A DNA stretch of 64,000 nt from Octopus vulgaris (lineage: Eukaryota). The DNA is taken from the NCBI GenBank assembly GCA_951406725.2, contig OX597833.1, positions 46,996,001 through 47,060,000 on the forward strand, read 5' to 3'. The position numbers were made by a program, and so were the translations under genes. The notes beneath the pieces are model-generated. The model had not been told where the DNA came from, did no database searches, and saw nothing but the letters and a program-made list of their open reading frames with translations. Below are positions 12,640 to 25,048 of the stretch, piece by piece (within the stretch, counting starts at the first letter, position 1; each line of letters starts with the position of its first letter).

Positions 12640-13325
12640 GTAGCTTAAATTTTGGATTTAATTCCTTCCACCACAAAGCTTAGGTAAGTGTGTTGTGTTA
12701 CGATCAGCAGAATTGGTAGATATTTTAGGACAACCTTTATAGTTTGCCTAAGTTTCTCGAAATAAATGTTCCTGAAATAAATTTTGTGCAACCCAAGTAG
12801 GTAAGACATAGTCAAAGTAAGGGGAAGAATGTTGTTGCTTTTATATATTTGTGGAAACATAGCTTCATCAAACAGGTAATATAATAAGTCTACGAAGTAG
12901 AAATAGGTGAGATGAAACCATTTTGTATACATGATGAATTTGGCGGTTAAATTTGCCAACAGCAGTACGCCAAAATCCCTGATATTTATGTACGCTTGTA
13001 AAAATAATGTGTGTGTTGTGGTTGATAGCATTCCATGTGATTCAAAAAAGAATAAACCAGCATTTTTCCCTTTATTTTTGTTTTATTTCTCTTGCTAAAG
13101 TACATGTCCCACTTACATGTCCTATCTATAGTGGGATGTAAGTCATGTTTTCTGATTTTGTACGATAGCATCAATATAGTAAAGAACGTGCGTAGGGTTG
13201 TTTGGCATAGATAAACATGTTTCCATGGTTGTTAGAAACCAACGTAATTACGGCCCAAATAAGTATCAGCAATGTCATTAATAGATAAAAAAAAGAAATG
13301 AGATTGGAGCTATCATGCTTCCATC
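12640..13325 (-). pseudogene. possible highly decayed Penelope-like RT/GIY-YIG remnant
   Basis: scattered motifs in the expected order across frames: SMIAPIS..IADTYL, YYIDAI (YIDD-like), FQEH, ALWWKELNPKF. Confidence 0.3.
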
Positions 13326-13472
13326 ACAGAATGGATCACAAACTCTTAACCATTTGAATTCTTCAATGAAGAACGTGACTTCACTATTTATCTAAAAAAA
13401 ACATTATGTATTCCGTAAACAGAGGAAGCATTTGCACGCTAGCTTCGTGGGGTATAAATATTAAAAGCTACA

Positions 13473-13692
13473 AAGGCGGCGAGCTGGCAGAAACGTTAGC
13501 ACGCCGGGCGAAATGCGCAGCTGTATTTCGTCTGACGCTACGTTCTGAGTTCAAATTCCGCCGAGGTCGACTTTGCCTTTCATCCTTTCGGGGTCGATTT
13601 AAATAAGTACCGGTTACGCACTGGCGTCGATGTAATCGACTTAATCCTTTTGTCTGTCCTTGTTTAGCCCCTTGTGGGTAGTAAAGAAAGAA
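13473..13692 (+). mobile_element. SINE family C monomer
   Basis: flanked by TSD AATATTAAAAGCTACA. Confidence 0.9.
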
Positions 13693-14183
13693 ATATTAAA
13701 AGCTACAGCTAAACCAAGAAAAAAATTGCAGGAGTAATTTTTTTTAATTTTCAAGGTCAGACTAAGTTTCGTAAATAATTTAGCTGAAGCAGTCTGTAGC
13801 TGAGTAGACGAAATCATAATATTAGAGAGTAAGAAATCCCAAATTTTGTAATCGACTGAACGCGCTAAACAATTTACCACCGTTTTAGATAATTGAGATA
13901 GGTCAGAAGGCTATCAGAGTTACTAGTGTAGCAGTACTCAGCATTCGAAACCCCGTCGTTTCAGGAACGAGAAAAGGCCACAGTTCTTATATTTGGCAGC
14001 GACGGTCCTTATCAGAGGATGTTGACCCATATTTCAACTAAAAGTTGTTCCGGTACATTTTTGTGATGTTAAGATTAATGGAAAATTCCATACAGTTTTG
14101 CTTCAGATCATTATCATCACCAATTAACGTCCGTTTTTCATGCTGGTATGGGTTGGACGGTTTGATAGGAGCTGACGGTTTGA

Positions 14184-14420
14184 AAGGCGGCGAGCTGGCA
14201 GAAACGTTAGCACGCCGGGCGAAATGCTTAGCGGTATTTCGTCTGCCGTTACGTTGTGAGTTCAAATTCCGCCGAGGTCGACTTTGCCTTTCATCCCTTT
14301 CGGGGTCGATAAATTAAGTACCAGTTACGCATTGGGGTCGATGTAATCGACTTAATACCTATGTCTGTCTTTGTTTGTCCCCTCTGTGTTTAGCCCCTTG
14401 TGGGTAATAAAGAAATAGGT
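14184..14420 (+). mobile_element. SINE family C monomer inserted in a family D element
   Basis: TSD GGTTTGATAGGAGCTGAC. Confidence 0.9.
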
Positions 14421-14659
14421 TTGATAGGAGCTGACTAGCGAGGGGCTGTTCAGGATCCATGTCTGTTTTGGCATGGTTTCTACGGCTGGATGCCCTTCCT
14501 AACACCAACCAATTTACAGAGTGTACTGGGTACTTTTATACAGCACTTGCATGGGTGCATTTTTTTATGTGGCACTAGGATCTATGAGCTTGCAAGATAA
14601 AGGATGCCCTGCTGAAGAAGGTTGCAGAGGTCACGCCTCTATGCAAAGGTAACCACGCT

Positions 14660-15415
14660 TCTACTTAGCTTGACGTGTCCTTTCAAGCACAGCAAACCGC
14701 CAGAAGTCTCGGTCCCTTGTCATCCCCTCTGTGAGTCCCAACGTCTGAAGATCCTTCCTCACCACTTCGTCCCACGTCTTCCTGGGTCTACTCCTTCAAC
14801 GTTTCCTTTACAATTAGAGATCGCACCTCTTGATGCAACTACCTTCATTCATACGCATTACATAGCCATACCAGCGAAGTCTTCTCTCTTGCATGCTACA
14901 TCTGATGCTACGTATACCCAGTTGTTTTCTCAAATCACTTACTCTCTGTCGTATATAGACACTGACATCCTATTTCTTTATTGCCCACAAGGGGCTAAAC
15001 ACAGAGGGGACAAACAAGGACAGACAAACGGATTAAGTCGATTACATCGGCCCCAGTGCATAACTGGTACTTAATTTATCAACTCCGAAAGGATGAAAGG
15101 CAAACTCTACCTTGGCGGAATTTGAACTCAGAACGTAACGGCAGACGAAATACCTATTTCTTTATTACCCACGAGGGGTTAAACACAGAGGGGACAAACA
15201 AGGAAAGACATAGGTATTAAGTCGATTACATCGACCACAGTGCGTAACTGGTACTTAATTTATCGACCTCGAAAGGATGAAAGGCAAACTCTACCTCGGC
15301 GGAATTTGAACTCAGAACGTAACGGCAGACGAAATACCGCTAAGCATTTCGCCCGGAGTGCTAACGTTTCTGCCAGCTCCCCGCCTTGACACATCCAGCG
15401 ACTCATACTGACTCC
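14660..15415 (-). pseudogene. RTE-like LINE 3' remnant interrupted by SINE C
   Basis: minus strand: MSRWMC..LRKQLGIRSIRCSMQERRLRWYGYVMRM..SRPRKTWDEVVRKDL..RDRDFWR. Confidence 0.75.
14969..15387 (-). mobile_element. SINE family C dimer
   Basis: two body units plus head. Confidence 0.9.
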
Positions 15416-15758
15416 TAAAATCAGGCATAACTTGGCGATCGGTCGATTTACAACAAGGTCAACGTGAGCTCTGATTGGCTGTGTACAAATGAGTTCATTA
15501 CTGGGGGTTCGGAACTCTTGTGGGAAAAAAAATTTCGCCTCCTGGCCAGCAACCAAATCTCTATTGCAGTAGCTTTATTTTTATTTTCAGGAATTGGTGG
15601 TTCAGCAGCGGCAGAATTCCATTCTACTGAATCCATTCTTTCCCAGACTTCATTGAATTATTTATTATGTGAAACTAAGTCAGGTATTTCGTTAATTAAT
15701 CAATTGTAGTGTACATAGATTGATTGGTTGCTGCTCAGGGTTTTTTTTTTATATTTCA

Positions 15759-16181
15759 CTAGCAGCATAGCCCGGCGTTGCCCGGGTATGTAAGAGCCCC
15801 TAGTAGGCAACGACTAATCCCAATCTAGTCCTTTCCCTCTAGGGAACGAAGGTGCATGTGTAGGTTGCAATGTCTTCTCTTCACTCGAATACTTCTGTGT
15901 ATACGATGTTCCTAGCTGTCCCTGGCTGTCGAGTTGTGTCTCCTAGACAGAAAATGTGTTGCATATAAAAAGCTTAGATTCTCGACCCCATGTCGAATTT
16001 ATCGAGTTTTTTTTCAGAACTGGGGGAACTTTTCAAAATTTTCGCTGCGTAAGTTTTGAATTATGAAATTGGGCTATGTGTGTGTCAAGTTTCATCAGAA
16101 TCGGTTGAAAGCCGTGGTCAGGGTGAGGGTACAACCTGACAGACACACAGACAGACAAACTGCCGTTTATATAGAGAGAGA
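15759..16181 (-). mobile_element. non-autonomous Helitron (different internal sequence)
   Basis: minus strand A|TC start, hairpin CCCGGGCAACGCCGGG, CTAG|T end. Confidence 0.8.
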
Positions 16182-16403
16182 TAACACCCATTGAGATAAG
16201 TTGTTTCACAGAATAATTTAAAAAGTAAAAAGAAAAAAGCAAAGGGCGACAGCGACCACGTAAAATAGAATTTTATATTCCGTTTGACCCAAAGGGCTTG
16301 GAACAGTGAGACAAACGTAATATTTCTTAAACATCCTGAACAAATAAAAAAAAACATTCGACAAACGTTTATCAATAAGACAAAGAAGACCAGGGAATGA
16401 TGC

Positions 16404-16839
16404 GGATCTTTTCGGTTTGAACGGCAGTTTTTTCTAGCGGTGTCATATGAAATTGTCACCCATAATTATGACCCTAGTATCGATCTATTGCATTTCAGTC
16501 TGTTTTAGGGTAAGGGTTAGAGTTAGGGTTAGGGTTAGGGGTGGAGGGAAGGGTATCCTTTTTTCTTCAGAAATGTAAATAAACCCAATCTGTTTCTTAA
16601 ACGAGGGACATATTCATACGGCACAGAATGTTTTCACCTCAATAGACGTCATTGATTGGTTGAAATTGCAGAAATTGAAGAAAAAAACAACAACAAATAT
16701 CTTACAAACTATAGAATTTTCTCAATAGAGCCAAGAGAAAAAGATGTTTTGTAAACACATTCTACCAGTATACAAAGTTTAAAAGTGTTTAGTTACGTGG
16801 AAATTATTTTTAAAAACTGCCTTCAAACCGAAAAGATCC
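16404..16839. mobile_element. MITE with 8-bp TSD, probably Merlin-type, containing TTAGGG repeats
   Basis: TIR GGATCTTTTCGGTTTGAA(C)GGCAGTTTTT; TSD AATGATGC at 16396-16403 and 16840-16847; second copy 44130-44545. Confidence 0.8.
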
Positions 16840-17705
16840 AATGATGCAGATCGGGGAAAGCCCATAGAAGTAAAGTAATCCATTAAGTAGTTAGGCCTTG
16901 GGATGTGACGTTGTGGCAGTAATGTTGTTTATAAACTAACGAATATATATGTACAGAAACTTTTGCACAAAAAACTCCTCGACTAATCCTTACAGACAAA
17001 CCCTTGTCACTCACATCAGAAATTCAGTGAATTCGTCATTGATCTGTAGGAAACCTGCAGTAACCCAGGACGATATGGTTCAATTACGATATTAAAAACA
17101 ATCAAATCAGTTATACAGTATGAAGGATGTTTGTTTTTTTTTGTTTGTTTTGTTTTTATCCAAGCTTAAAACCTGTCGTTTATCTAAATCCATTCTTATC
17201 CAGGTTTTATTGAAGGATTATGTTCAATTGAGTCTGATATAGCGTTAATTAATCAGGTGCAGCACAAAAAAGAATTATTATTTATTTAGTCAGTTGTTCG
17301 GTTTCTGTTACGAAATACCTAATGAAAGGCGGAAAAAGAAAGGATCAAAACACACAGGCCCTATACAAACACACACACACAGAAGAGGGAAAAAGAATAA
17401 ACAATAATATACGACCGTGAAGTTTTGTTTTTATCAATTAGGAAACGGCAGCGTGTTGCTGTTGTATAACCACAGGTCATCTGTGATCCAACATTTCAAT
17501 CGTAACTATTCCGTCTTATTAAAAGTTTTAGGACAACACTATTTAAATGTGTTCGTTTATTTTCTTTCTAAGACAGTGTAGAGACCGTGATATGCAAGAT
17601 GTTTGATTAACAGCTTGAGCTGTCCACACAGACTTTCTCGTTGTGAATGGAATGTATGATTAAAGCCCATCAACTGTTTGCAATTAAGTAAAACATAATG
17701 AGAAG

Positions 17706-18014
17706 TGGAGGCGCAATAGCCCAGTGGTTAGGGGCAGCGGACTCGCTGTCGGAGGATCGCGGTTTCGATTCCCAGACCGGGTGTTGTGTGTGTTTATTGA
17801 GCGAAAACACCTAAAGCTCCATGAGGCTCTGGCAGGGGGGTGATGGCGACCCCTGTTGTACTCTTTCGCCCCGACTTTTTCTCACTCTCTCTTCCTGTTT
17901 CTTGAGTAACGCTGCGATGGACTGGCGTCCCGTCCAACTGGGGGGGGGGACACATACGCCATAGAAACCGGAAATCCGGGCCCATGAGCCTGGCTAGGCT
18001 TGAAAAGGGCGCAT
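17706..18014 (+). mobile_element. SINE family A, tail type 2
   Basis: same tRNA head as 756-1122; tail contains GCTGCGATGGACTGGCGTCCCGTCCA, resembling the V-SINE central domain. Confidence 0.85.
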
Positions 18015-18703
18015 AAGAATGAGAAATAAATGAAGATAATCAAAGATAAAGAATTCAAAACAACAATAACAAAGATAAAGGAAGAAAAACTGATGATAAG
18101 TTTTTGGGTTTTTTGTTTCTTTTTGTGGATGTTTCCAGAGGAGACGTGTATTATTTCATCTTAAGTCGACCCTGACCGAGAAAACTCATCACTCCAGCCG
18201 CGATAAGCATGTCTTTTGTTTATCAGAGATTACGTTGTTCAATGTGTCCTTCCTTTTTCAAAGACAATAAGTTGTAACTTGGGAGATTCGTTGGCTGTTC
18301 TAAGAGGCTGAGTTACCCACTTAGAGACTTCTTCGTTGGCTCGTATAAGAGGTATGTGTGTGCATGCGCACTCGCGTTATTGCTGCGGAGCTCCAGATCA
18401 AATCTGGTAAACGAGACCAACGTAATGTAAACATGTAGGCATTCTTCCAAGTGGCGAGGTTCGACCCACAGGTCGGTTCTGTATGCGTCTGTCGAGGTGT
18501 GGGACTATACAAGCATTCTGACGTGAAGCGATCGTATGACATTCTGTGTTTGAGAGTATATGTATATGCGAATTTAAGCAGAAATGAATTCCGGAACACT
18601 AAGTCATATGCACAGGATGCATCTGAAGCAAGTATATGTCCACAGTTTGCTTGTTTAAGCTTAAATAAACTCATAATAGCTTGTACGCTTGTTTTCTGCA
18701 AGT

Positions 18704-18852
18704 GGTCACATGACCTGATCATACATCGATCTAGCCCTTCTGGCGCTCATCCCATCACGTGACAAATCAGCCGAGCGCGAGAAATTTATGTCTGTCCGCT
18801 GGGAGCCTACCCTCAGCTATATAAGGAAGCCTTTCCCGCTATTTCCCCAGTG
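18704..18852 (+). promoter_or_regulatory. candidate Pol II core promoter
   Basis: GGTCACATGACC 18704-18715, ATCACGTGAC 18754-18763, TATATAAG 18818-18825, Inr-like CAGT about 30 bp downstream; unique, CpG-rich context. Confidence 0.4.
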
Positions 18853-19625
18853 AGGTGGATTTTACACAATCAGGTTCGGATCTAGGCGGAGAGCAAGTTT
18901 CGCAGGCAGCCTCCGGTAGCCTTTGACGCATACGTCTGTTCCTGTCCTCCAGCAGAAGTTTTGTATCGTATTTGTTTTCCTGTTCTATCCAGCATACATC
19001 ATCATTATGTACCATTGTACATTTGGTGGCAGTATATTTCAAAGTGTATCTCAACAGCTTTGTCGCGTTAATGCTCTTTAAGGGTTAATTAAATCGTCGC
19101 TTTTTATCCTCCTGGTTTTCTTCCTTTATCTTCACGCACACGTATATTGGAACTCAAACCAGCTTTATCCATCAATGCAACTTCAACCGTTAAACCTTAT
19201 AAGATTTAATGATCGACTAAGAGGGATCATCTTCCATGAATATATCAATGGATGAAAGATCCGGACTTTTTCTGGCGTTTATCTGTACGTCTGTCCTCGT
19301 TTATTTCAGGGGTGGAGTGGAGTTAAAATACAATGATAGATGAATCAGTGATAAACGAATGATCTCCACACTCTTTATAAACGGAGCAAATGGAAGATTC
19401 ATTGACACCAAACACCAAGCCCACAACAACGAAATTTCCACCGTCACATATTTTACTGAGTGCCTCTACCTTTTTTTTTTTGCTTTACTGAACACAATCG
19501 TTTGTTAGGATTTGATGCCTTCCTACTTTTCTGTTCACAGGTTCCATGTTGATGGGTACGGCTACATAAATCGTTATAAAAAAATATACGCAGCTTCGCA
19601 ACACGGTTATGTAAACACAAGAGAT

Positions 19626-20040
19626 AGTGGCTGTTTGGTAAGTAGCTTGCTAACCAACCACATGGTTCCGGGTTCAGTCCCACTGCGTGGCATCTTGGGC
19701 AAGTGTCTTCTGCTATAGCCCCGGGCCGACCAATGCCTTGTGAGTGGATTTGGTAGACGGAAACTGAAAGAAGCCTGTCGTATATATGTATATATATATA
19801 AGTGTGTGTGAATATGTTTGTGTGTCTGTGTTTGTTCCCCTAGCATTGCTTGACAACCGATGCTGGTGTGTTTACGTCCCCGTTACTTAGCGGTTCGGCA
19901 AAAGAGACCGATAGAATAAGTACTGGGCTTACAAAGAATAAGTCTTGGGGTCGATTTGCTCGACTAAAGGCGGTGCTCCAGCATGGCCGCAGTCAAATGA
20001 CTGAAACAAGTAAAAAGAGTAAAAAGAGAGAAAAAGAGTA
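19626..20040 (+). mobile_element. SINE family B
   Basis: full-length match. Confidence 0.9.
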
Positions 20041-20668
20041 AAAATACATTCGAGGTTGCTGAGCATTGTGTGTGATTGCTGGGACGCGTATTTCGTGGTA
20101 CAAACAGAACCTTTGACTGATCACCGATCCGTGTTATCACAGATCAATCTGTAATAAGCGTTCACAATTAGCATACCGTGATATCCTGGACCAGTGATGA
20201 ACGAATCCGTGATAAACGAAGCTATATGCATTATATAATGTCTAATGATTAAACATTGGAGAAGGATCAATGGTAAAGAAAATGAAAACAAAAATACACA
20301 CAAACACAAAACAACTTCTCCACCCCCCTCACTCTTTCTCTCCCCTCCCCCTTCCCTCTTCAATTAAAAGTAATGAGAGGTGTGAAATTTGGGTAGCAAT
20401 TAAAAGTAATAGGATAGATATGTAGACTGAAGGAAACAAACAACAGGAATTTGAATTTTTGAAATTAATTTTAAGTAATTTCTGCTTTGAAATCTAAAAC
20501 AAGTAATTTTGAGATGTTTCTGTAAAGATGGGAAAGAGGAAAAAGTAATAAAAAAAAAGAATAAAAAAAAAACAATAAATCAAGAATAAATTAAAGTAAT
20601 TAATTGTACTTAAAAATCAGAACTTGCCTAAAGTTAAATTGAAAATATCCTATCTGTTGTGGCAAAAC

Positions 20669-20762
20669 TGTGCGTGCGTGTGTGTGTGTGTGTGTATGTG
20701 TGAATGTACGCGTGTGCGTATGAATGTGCGCGTATGTATGTATGTGTATGTATGTATGTGTA

Positions 20763-20802
<40 letters not shown>

Positions 20803-20806
20803 TACA

Positions 20807-20870
<64 letters not shown>

Positions 20871-20955
20871 TATACATATACATATATATACATATACATA
20901 CATATATATATACATATACATATATATACATATACATACATATATATACATATAC

Positions 20956-21018
<63 letters not shown>
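20669..21018. repeat. compound (TG)n/(TA)n/(TACA)n microsatellite
   Basis: direct reading; source of several spurious ORFs. Confidence 0.95.
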
Positions 21019-21020
<2 letters not shown>

Positions 21021-21577
21021 GGGTGCGGCAGAGAGGACGGACGTTTTTGAAAAATTCACGAAATCATTAATTTTAGCCGCAAACAAATTTTATAAACATC
21101 AATGTGTTCGTATAGCATTAGCATTTGTCAAAACCAAGTGTGGAAAAACAACATCCATCATGTGATGTCCATTTTCATTGATGCATTTCTGAAAGCTAGT
21201 CTGAGGCGTTCCACATTTTCCGGGGTCCATACCGTTCGTGGCGCCTCCCACCGGTCTCTTATTCATTAGTGTACCTTGTGTACGAAGTGCATTCACCAAA
21301 ACATAAGATTGTGTTACAATTGGGAACAGCCTGATATCGGCGAAAGTTGAAGTGGCGCCGAAACTCACGCTGAACTGCTGTGGCAAACTCATTGTACTTC
21401 ATGTAACTGTCGCAGGCAAACACGCGATGCTCTATCATCCACAGTGCCATGGCTTCGCCTGATAAGAAAAAATGCTAAGACACCGTAGACCGAATGGTAC
21501 CTGTCGGATATATGTCGCTCCCACTGGAGCTGAGTAATAGCCATTTGAAAAACGTCCGTCGCCTCTGCCCCACCCTG
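21019..21577 (-). mobile_element. internally deleted Tc1/mariner element (DUF4817-type N-terminus)
   Basis: about 30-bp TIRs CAGGGTG.GGCAGAG..GACGGACGTTTTT; MALWMIEHRVFA..TAVQREFRRHF..VP HTH-like N-terminus and C-terminal [15 protein letters not shown]; catalytic region absent. Confidence 0.8.
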
Positions 21578-21663
21578 TGTGTGTTTGTGTGTGTGTATGT
21601 ATGTATGTATGTATGTATGTATGTATGTATGTATGTATGTATGTATGTATGTATGTATATGTA

Positions 21664-21706
<43 letters not shown>

Positions 21707-21707
<1 letters not shown>

Positions 21708-22858
21708 TGGGCCCCAACTATGCGAACCTGTTCGTTGGCTATGTTGAGGCCCAAATATTCTCTAATTTCACTGGTCCCACTCCTGAACTATATGGTCGTT
21801 ATATTGACGACATTATCGGTGCCACCTCACTCTCCCGCGAACATCTAGATTCCTTCCTCTCTTTCGTCCAATCTTTCCATCCAGCCCTCCACTTCACTTC
21901 CACTATCTCCAACACCTCTGTCTCCTTCCTCGACATTTCGGTTAGCATTCTTCACTCCACTCTTACCACCTCCATTCACTACAAACACACAGACTCACAC
22001 TCATACCTCAACTTCTCTTCCTCCCACCCAGAACACACCAAGCTTTCCATCCCCTATTCCCAATTCCTCCGTCTACGTAGGCTCTGTAGTGACGACCATG
22101 ACTTTGAGACTCAGTCTCAACGTATGGCTCACCACTTCACCCTACGTGGATACCCCCTCACCACTATCCACACCGCCCTTGCCAGAGCACGGTCCGTGGA
22201 CCGTGTATCTGCTCTCTCTCCCCGAACCCGCCCTGTAGTCTCCCGCCTCCCTTTTCCCCTCACTTACCACCCCACGACCCTACGTCTCCAACGCACCATT
22301 CTTCGAGCTTTCCGTCATCTCCAGTCCGACCCGTCCACTTCACACCTCTTCCCTAACCGACCCCTCCCCTCTTTCAAACGAGCCCACAACCTTCGAGACC
22401 TTTTGGTCCATAGCTCCTTCCCTGACCCTACCTCCCAACCCGGCTCGTTCCCCTGCTCCCGCCCACGTTGCCGCACTTGCCCTTACCTCTCCAACACCAC
22501 CCGCCTCACTAGCACCCACCATCGACCCTATCCCATCATCCACTCCTTCACCTGCACCTCCAGCAATATTATCTATTGCATCTCTTGCTCTCTCTGCAAT
22601 TCCTTGTACATCGGACAAACGGGACGCCGCTTGGCTGACCGGTTCGCGGAACACCTTCGTGACATCCACCTTGCGAACGACACACCGGTCTCACGCCATT
22701 TCCGCTCCACCGGTCACTCCTTGCAACACCTATCTGTGTTCGGTTTGTCCTTACACAGAGGCCATCCGGATTCCCGTTTGCGCCGTGAACAGGAATTAAT
22801 CTTCTCTCTTCGCTCTTATACGCCATTTGGTCTCAACTCTGCCCCCCTCCTCATCTAA
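21707..22858 (+). CDS. 5'-truncated Penelope-like element ORF: RT C-terminal half and thumb plus GIY-YIG endonuclease
   Basis: MGPNYANLF (internal RT motif), RYIDDI catalytic motif, FLDI, IHYKHTD..YLNFSSSHP, Cys linker CSRPRCRTC, NIIYCISC..YIGQT..RFAEH..H; 383 aa without stops. Confidence 0.95.
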
Positions 22859-23656
22859 CCCCCTCTCCCCCCTCCTCACCTATCCTTTCTCCCCCGACCC
22901 CTACTTCTTCAGTCCTTCATCCTTTCACCCCTACTCCCCTTCCCTTCTTCCCTCTTTCTCCCTCCCTCTTCCCCTTCCCTCTGCTCCCTCACTCCCTCTC
23001 TCCCCTTCTCCCTCTTTCCTCCTTCATCCCCCTCATCCCCTTCCTTCTCCCCCATCCTCTCCTCATTCCCCTCCCCTTCTCTCCCCCTCTTCTCCCCCTC
23101 CCCCTCTTCTCCTCACTACACCACATGACTTTACACATCACATATGATGTGCCATACTAATACACACACCAACTAATACATACTAATACGTACTAATACA
23201 TACTAGTACATACTAATACTTACACCAACCCTATACATACACACGTCCAGACCCCGCATACGCACTTATACTCTCTCACACACACACACACACACCTATA
23301 CATACCAATACGTACTAATACATACTAATACATACTAATACATACACCAACCCCATACATACGCACGTCCAGACCAATCCTACGCACTAATACTCTCTCA
23401 TACACACACACACACACACCCTTATACATACTAATACATACACCAACCCTATACATACACACATCCAGACCCCTCCCACGCACTTTTAGCTGGTCCCTCA
23501 ACCCCTTTATCAACCCTATTATCTCCCCTTATTTCGCTCTCGCGTCTCATGTTTGATCTTTGACCTCTCGCCGAAATCAGATCGCCATGTTGATTCGTTA
23601 GCTACTGCACGCATTTTTTTTCTCTCCTTCTTTCTGTGTTTTTCTCTCTCTGTGTA

Positions 23657-23694
23657 TCTTTCTGTTGAAGAGCGTAGGCTCGAAACGTTAAAGA
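23657..23694 (+). ncRNA. minimal type I hammerhead (core variant CTGTTGA)
   Basis: TCTTT-CTGTTGA-A-GAGC-GTAG-GCTC-GAAA-CG-TT-AAAGA. Confidence 0.7.
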
Positions 23695-23791
23695 CTTGTT
23701 TTATTTATATTTCCTGAGCGCCATACTAATACAATTGTTCGTTTGTTTTCCACCTGCCTTCGTCTTTTGTTTATTTTCATAAAGCTTCCCG

Positions 23792-23837
<46 letters not shown>

Positions 23838-23842
<5 letters not shown>

Positions 23843-23963
23843 TAATCCAAACATGAAAACACAAAGAGGAAACAACGCGAGGACGTGGAACAAGTATAGT
23901 ATTATTGGACGCTCAGGAAAGAAATAGGGTTTAATGTTTCGAGCGGAGCTCTTCGTCAGAAAC
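23838..23963 (-). mobile_element. solo Penelope pLTR-like fragment beginning with a minimal HHR
   Basis: minus strand GTTT-CTGACGA-A-GAGC-TCC-GCTC-GAAA-CA-TT-AAAC (23929-23963); downstream TTCCTGAGCG.. resembles the adjacent element's 3' region. Confidence 0.75.
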
Positions 23964-24094
23964 ATATATATATAAAACTGAGATTCAGTTGAATTAGGTA
24001 CTTAAGTTGAAGCACCAAGTTAGTCCGGTATTATCCCCACTGCTTGAAGTAAAATGAATAAACTCAAAATAATCAACAGGATGTCAGGTAGTTA

Positions 24095-24180
24095 TGCAGT
24101 ACGACCGTTTCAAGCGGGTCCATTTAATTGACCAATGCAATCATTACATCAATTTAAATGCAGTGTCATCTTCAGCTGCA
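24095..24180 (-). ncRNA. type I hammerhead with long stem II in TA-flanked element 23975-24340
   Basis: TGCAG-CTGAAGA-..-GAAA-C-GGTC-GT-A-CTGCA; base of stem II imperfect. Confidence 0.6.
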
Positions 24181-24363
24181 CAAATAAATAGAATTTTAAC
24201 AAGTGGGACACATTAATATAATTTTTCTCAAATATTTTTAACAGAGCAAGATGATGGGAGAAATTCATATTGTCGCTATGGTAGCTAAGAATAGACTACA
24301 CCTTCAAGAATCCTTGATATCCTGTGCTTATTTTGATTTTATATATATATATATATATATATA

Positions 24364-24418
24364 TCGCCTTTACCTTCGAAACACGGAGTAGACGAAACGT
24401 AGGCGGCTGAAGAAGGGG
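24364..24418 (+). ncRNA. candidate permuted hammerhead family 2 (3' cleavage-product portion)
   Basis: TCGCCT..CTTC-GAAA-CACGG..AGGCGG-CTGAAGA-A-GGGG at the start of TA-flanked element 24364-24628. Confidence 0.5.
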
Positions 24419-24626
24419 AATTTTCCTTGTGTTGTGTGTCTTGTACCCTGTTTTTTCGTTGTTTTAAAAGAATGTCCGTTTCCATGGTTCTGTTTTTATG
24501 TTTTCGTTTCTCATTGTGTTCGACGTTTGGGTGTCCTGTAGCTATATATGCATGTGTATATACATATAGATGTAGGTACCGTACATATATGTATGTATAT
24601 ATGCATATGTTTTAATTATTATTTTG

Positions 24627-24724
<98 letters not shown>

Positions 24725-24901
24725 CAACCGAAACTAAATTTAGTACATGGGTAAATATTTATTTCGTATATTTTTCACTTGTCTATTGCTTTGGTTTTGT
24801 GTTGAGTTTGATCTGAGAACATAGACTTTTTGTGGAGAATGGCGATTTGACGTCTATATCTAGCATGTTGACTGTCCACTTTTCGTGTTCAGTCCTTAAT
24901 T

Positions 24902-24946
<45 letters not shown>

Positions 24947-25007
24947 GTTCTTGACCCCCAGACAAAAGATAAACTGTTTTTACTTCAAATTTTTATAAAT
25001 TTTACTT

Positions 25008-25048
25008 ATATTTAATAAGATGAGATTCATCATCGAAACCGGTAATAT
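25008..25048 (+). ncRNA. decayed type I hammerhead (U3-A8 type)
   Basis: ATAT-TTAATAA-GATGA-GATTCA-TCATC-GAAA-CCGG-TA-ATAT; G5 mutated. Confidence 0.45.

Larger units (their letters stand above)
21705..23794 (+). mobile_element. Penelope-like retroelement (Cys-linker, Neptune-like) inserted in (TA)n
   Basis: ORF above, pyrimidine tract, TACTAATACA repeats, HHR-bearing 3' region ending AAAGCTTCCCGTTA; TA tracts on both sides. Confidence 0.9.

Noticed and set aside
20600-21165. Long ORFs rich in YI/HT/VC repeats (also near 11398, 11903, 30632, 55337)
   Set aside because: Translations of microsatellites, not genes
22340-23147. ORFs overlapping or following the Penelope ORF
   Set aside because: Antisense shadow frames and a translated pyrimidine tract
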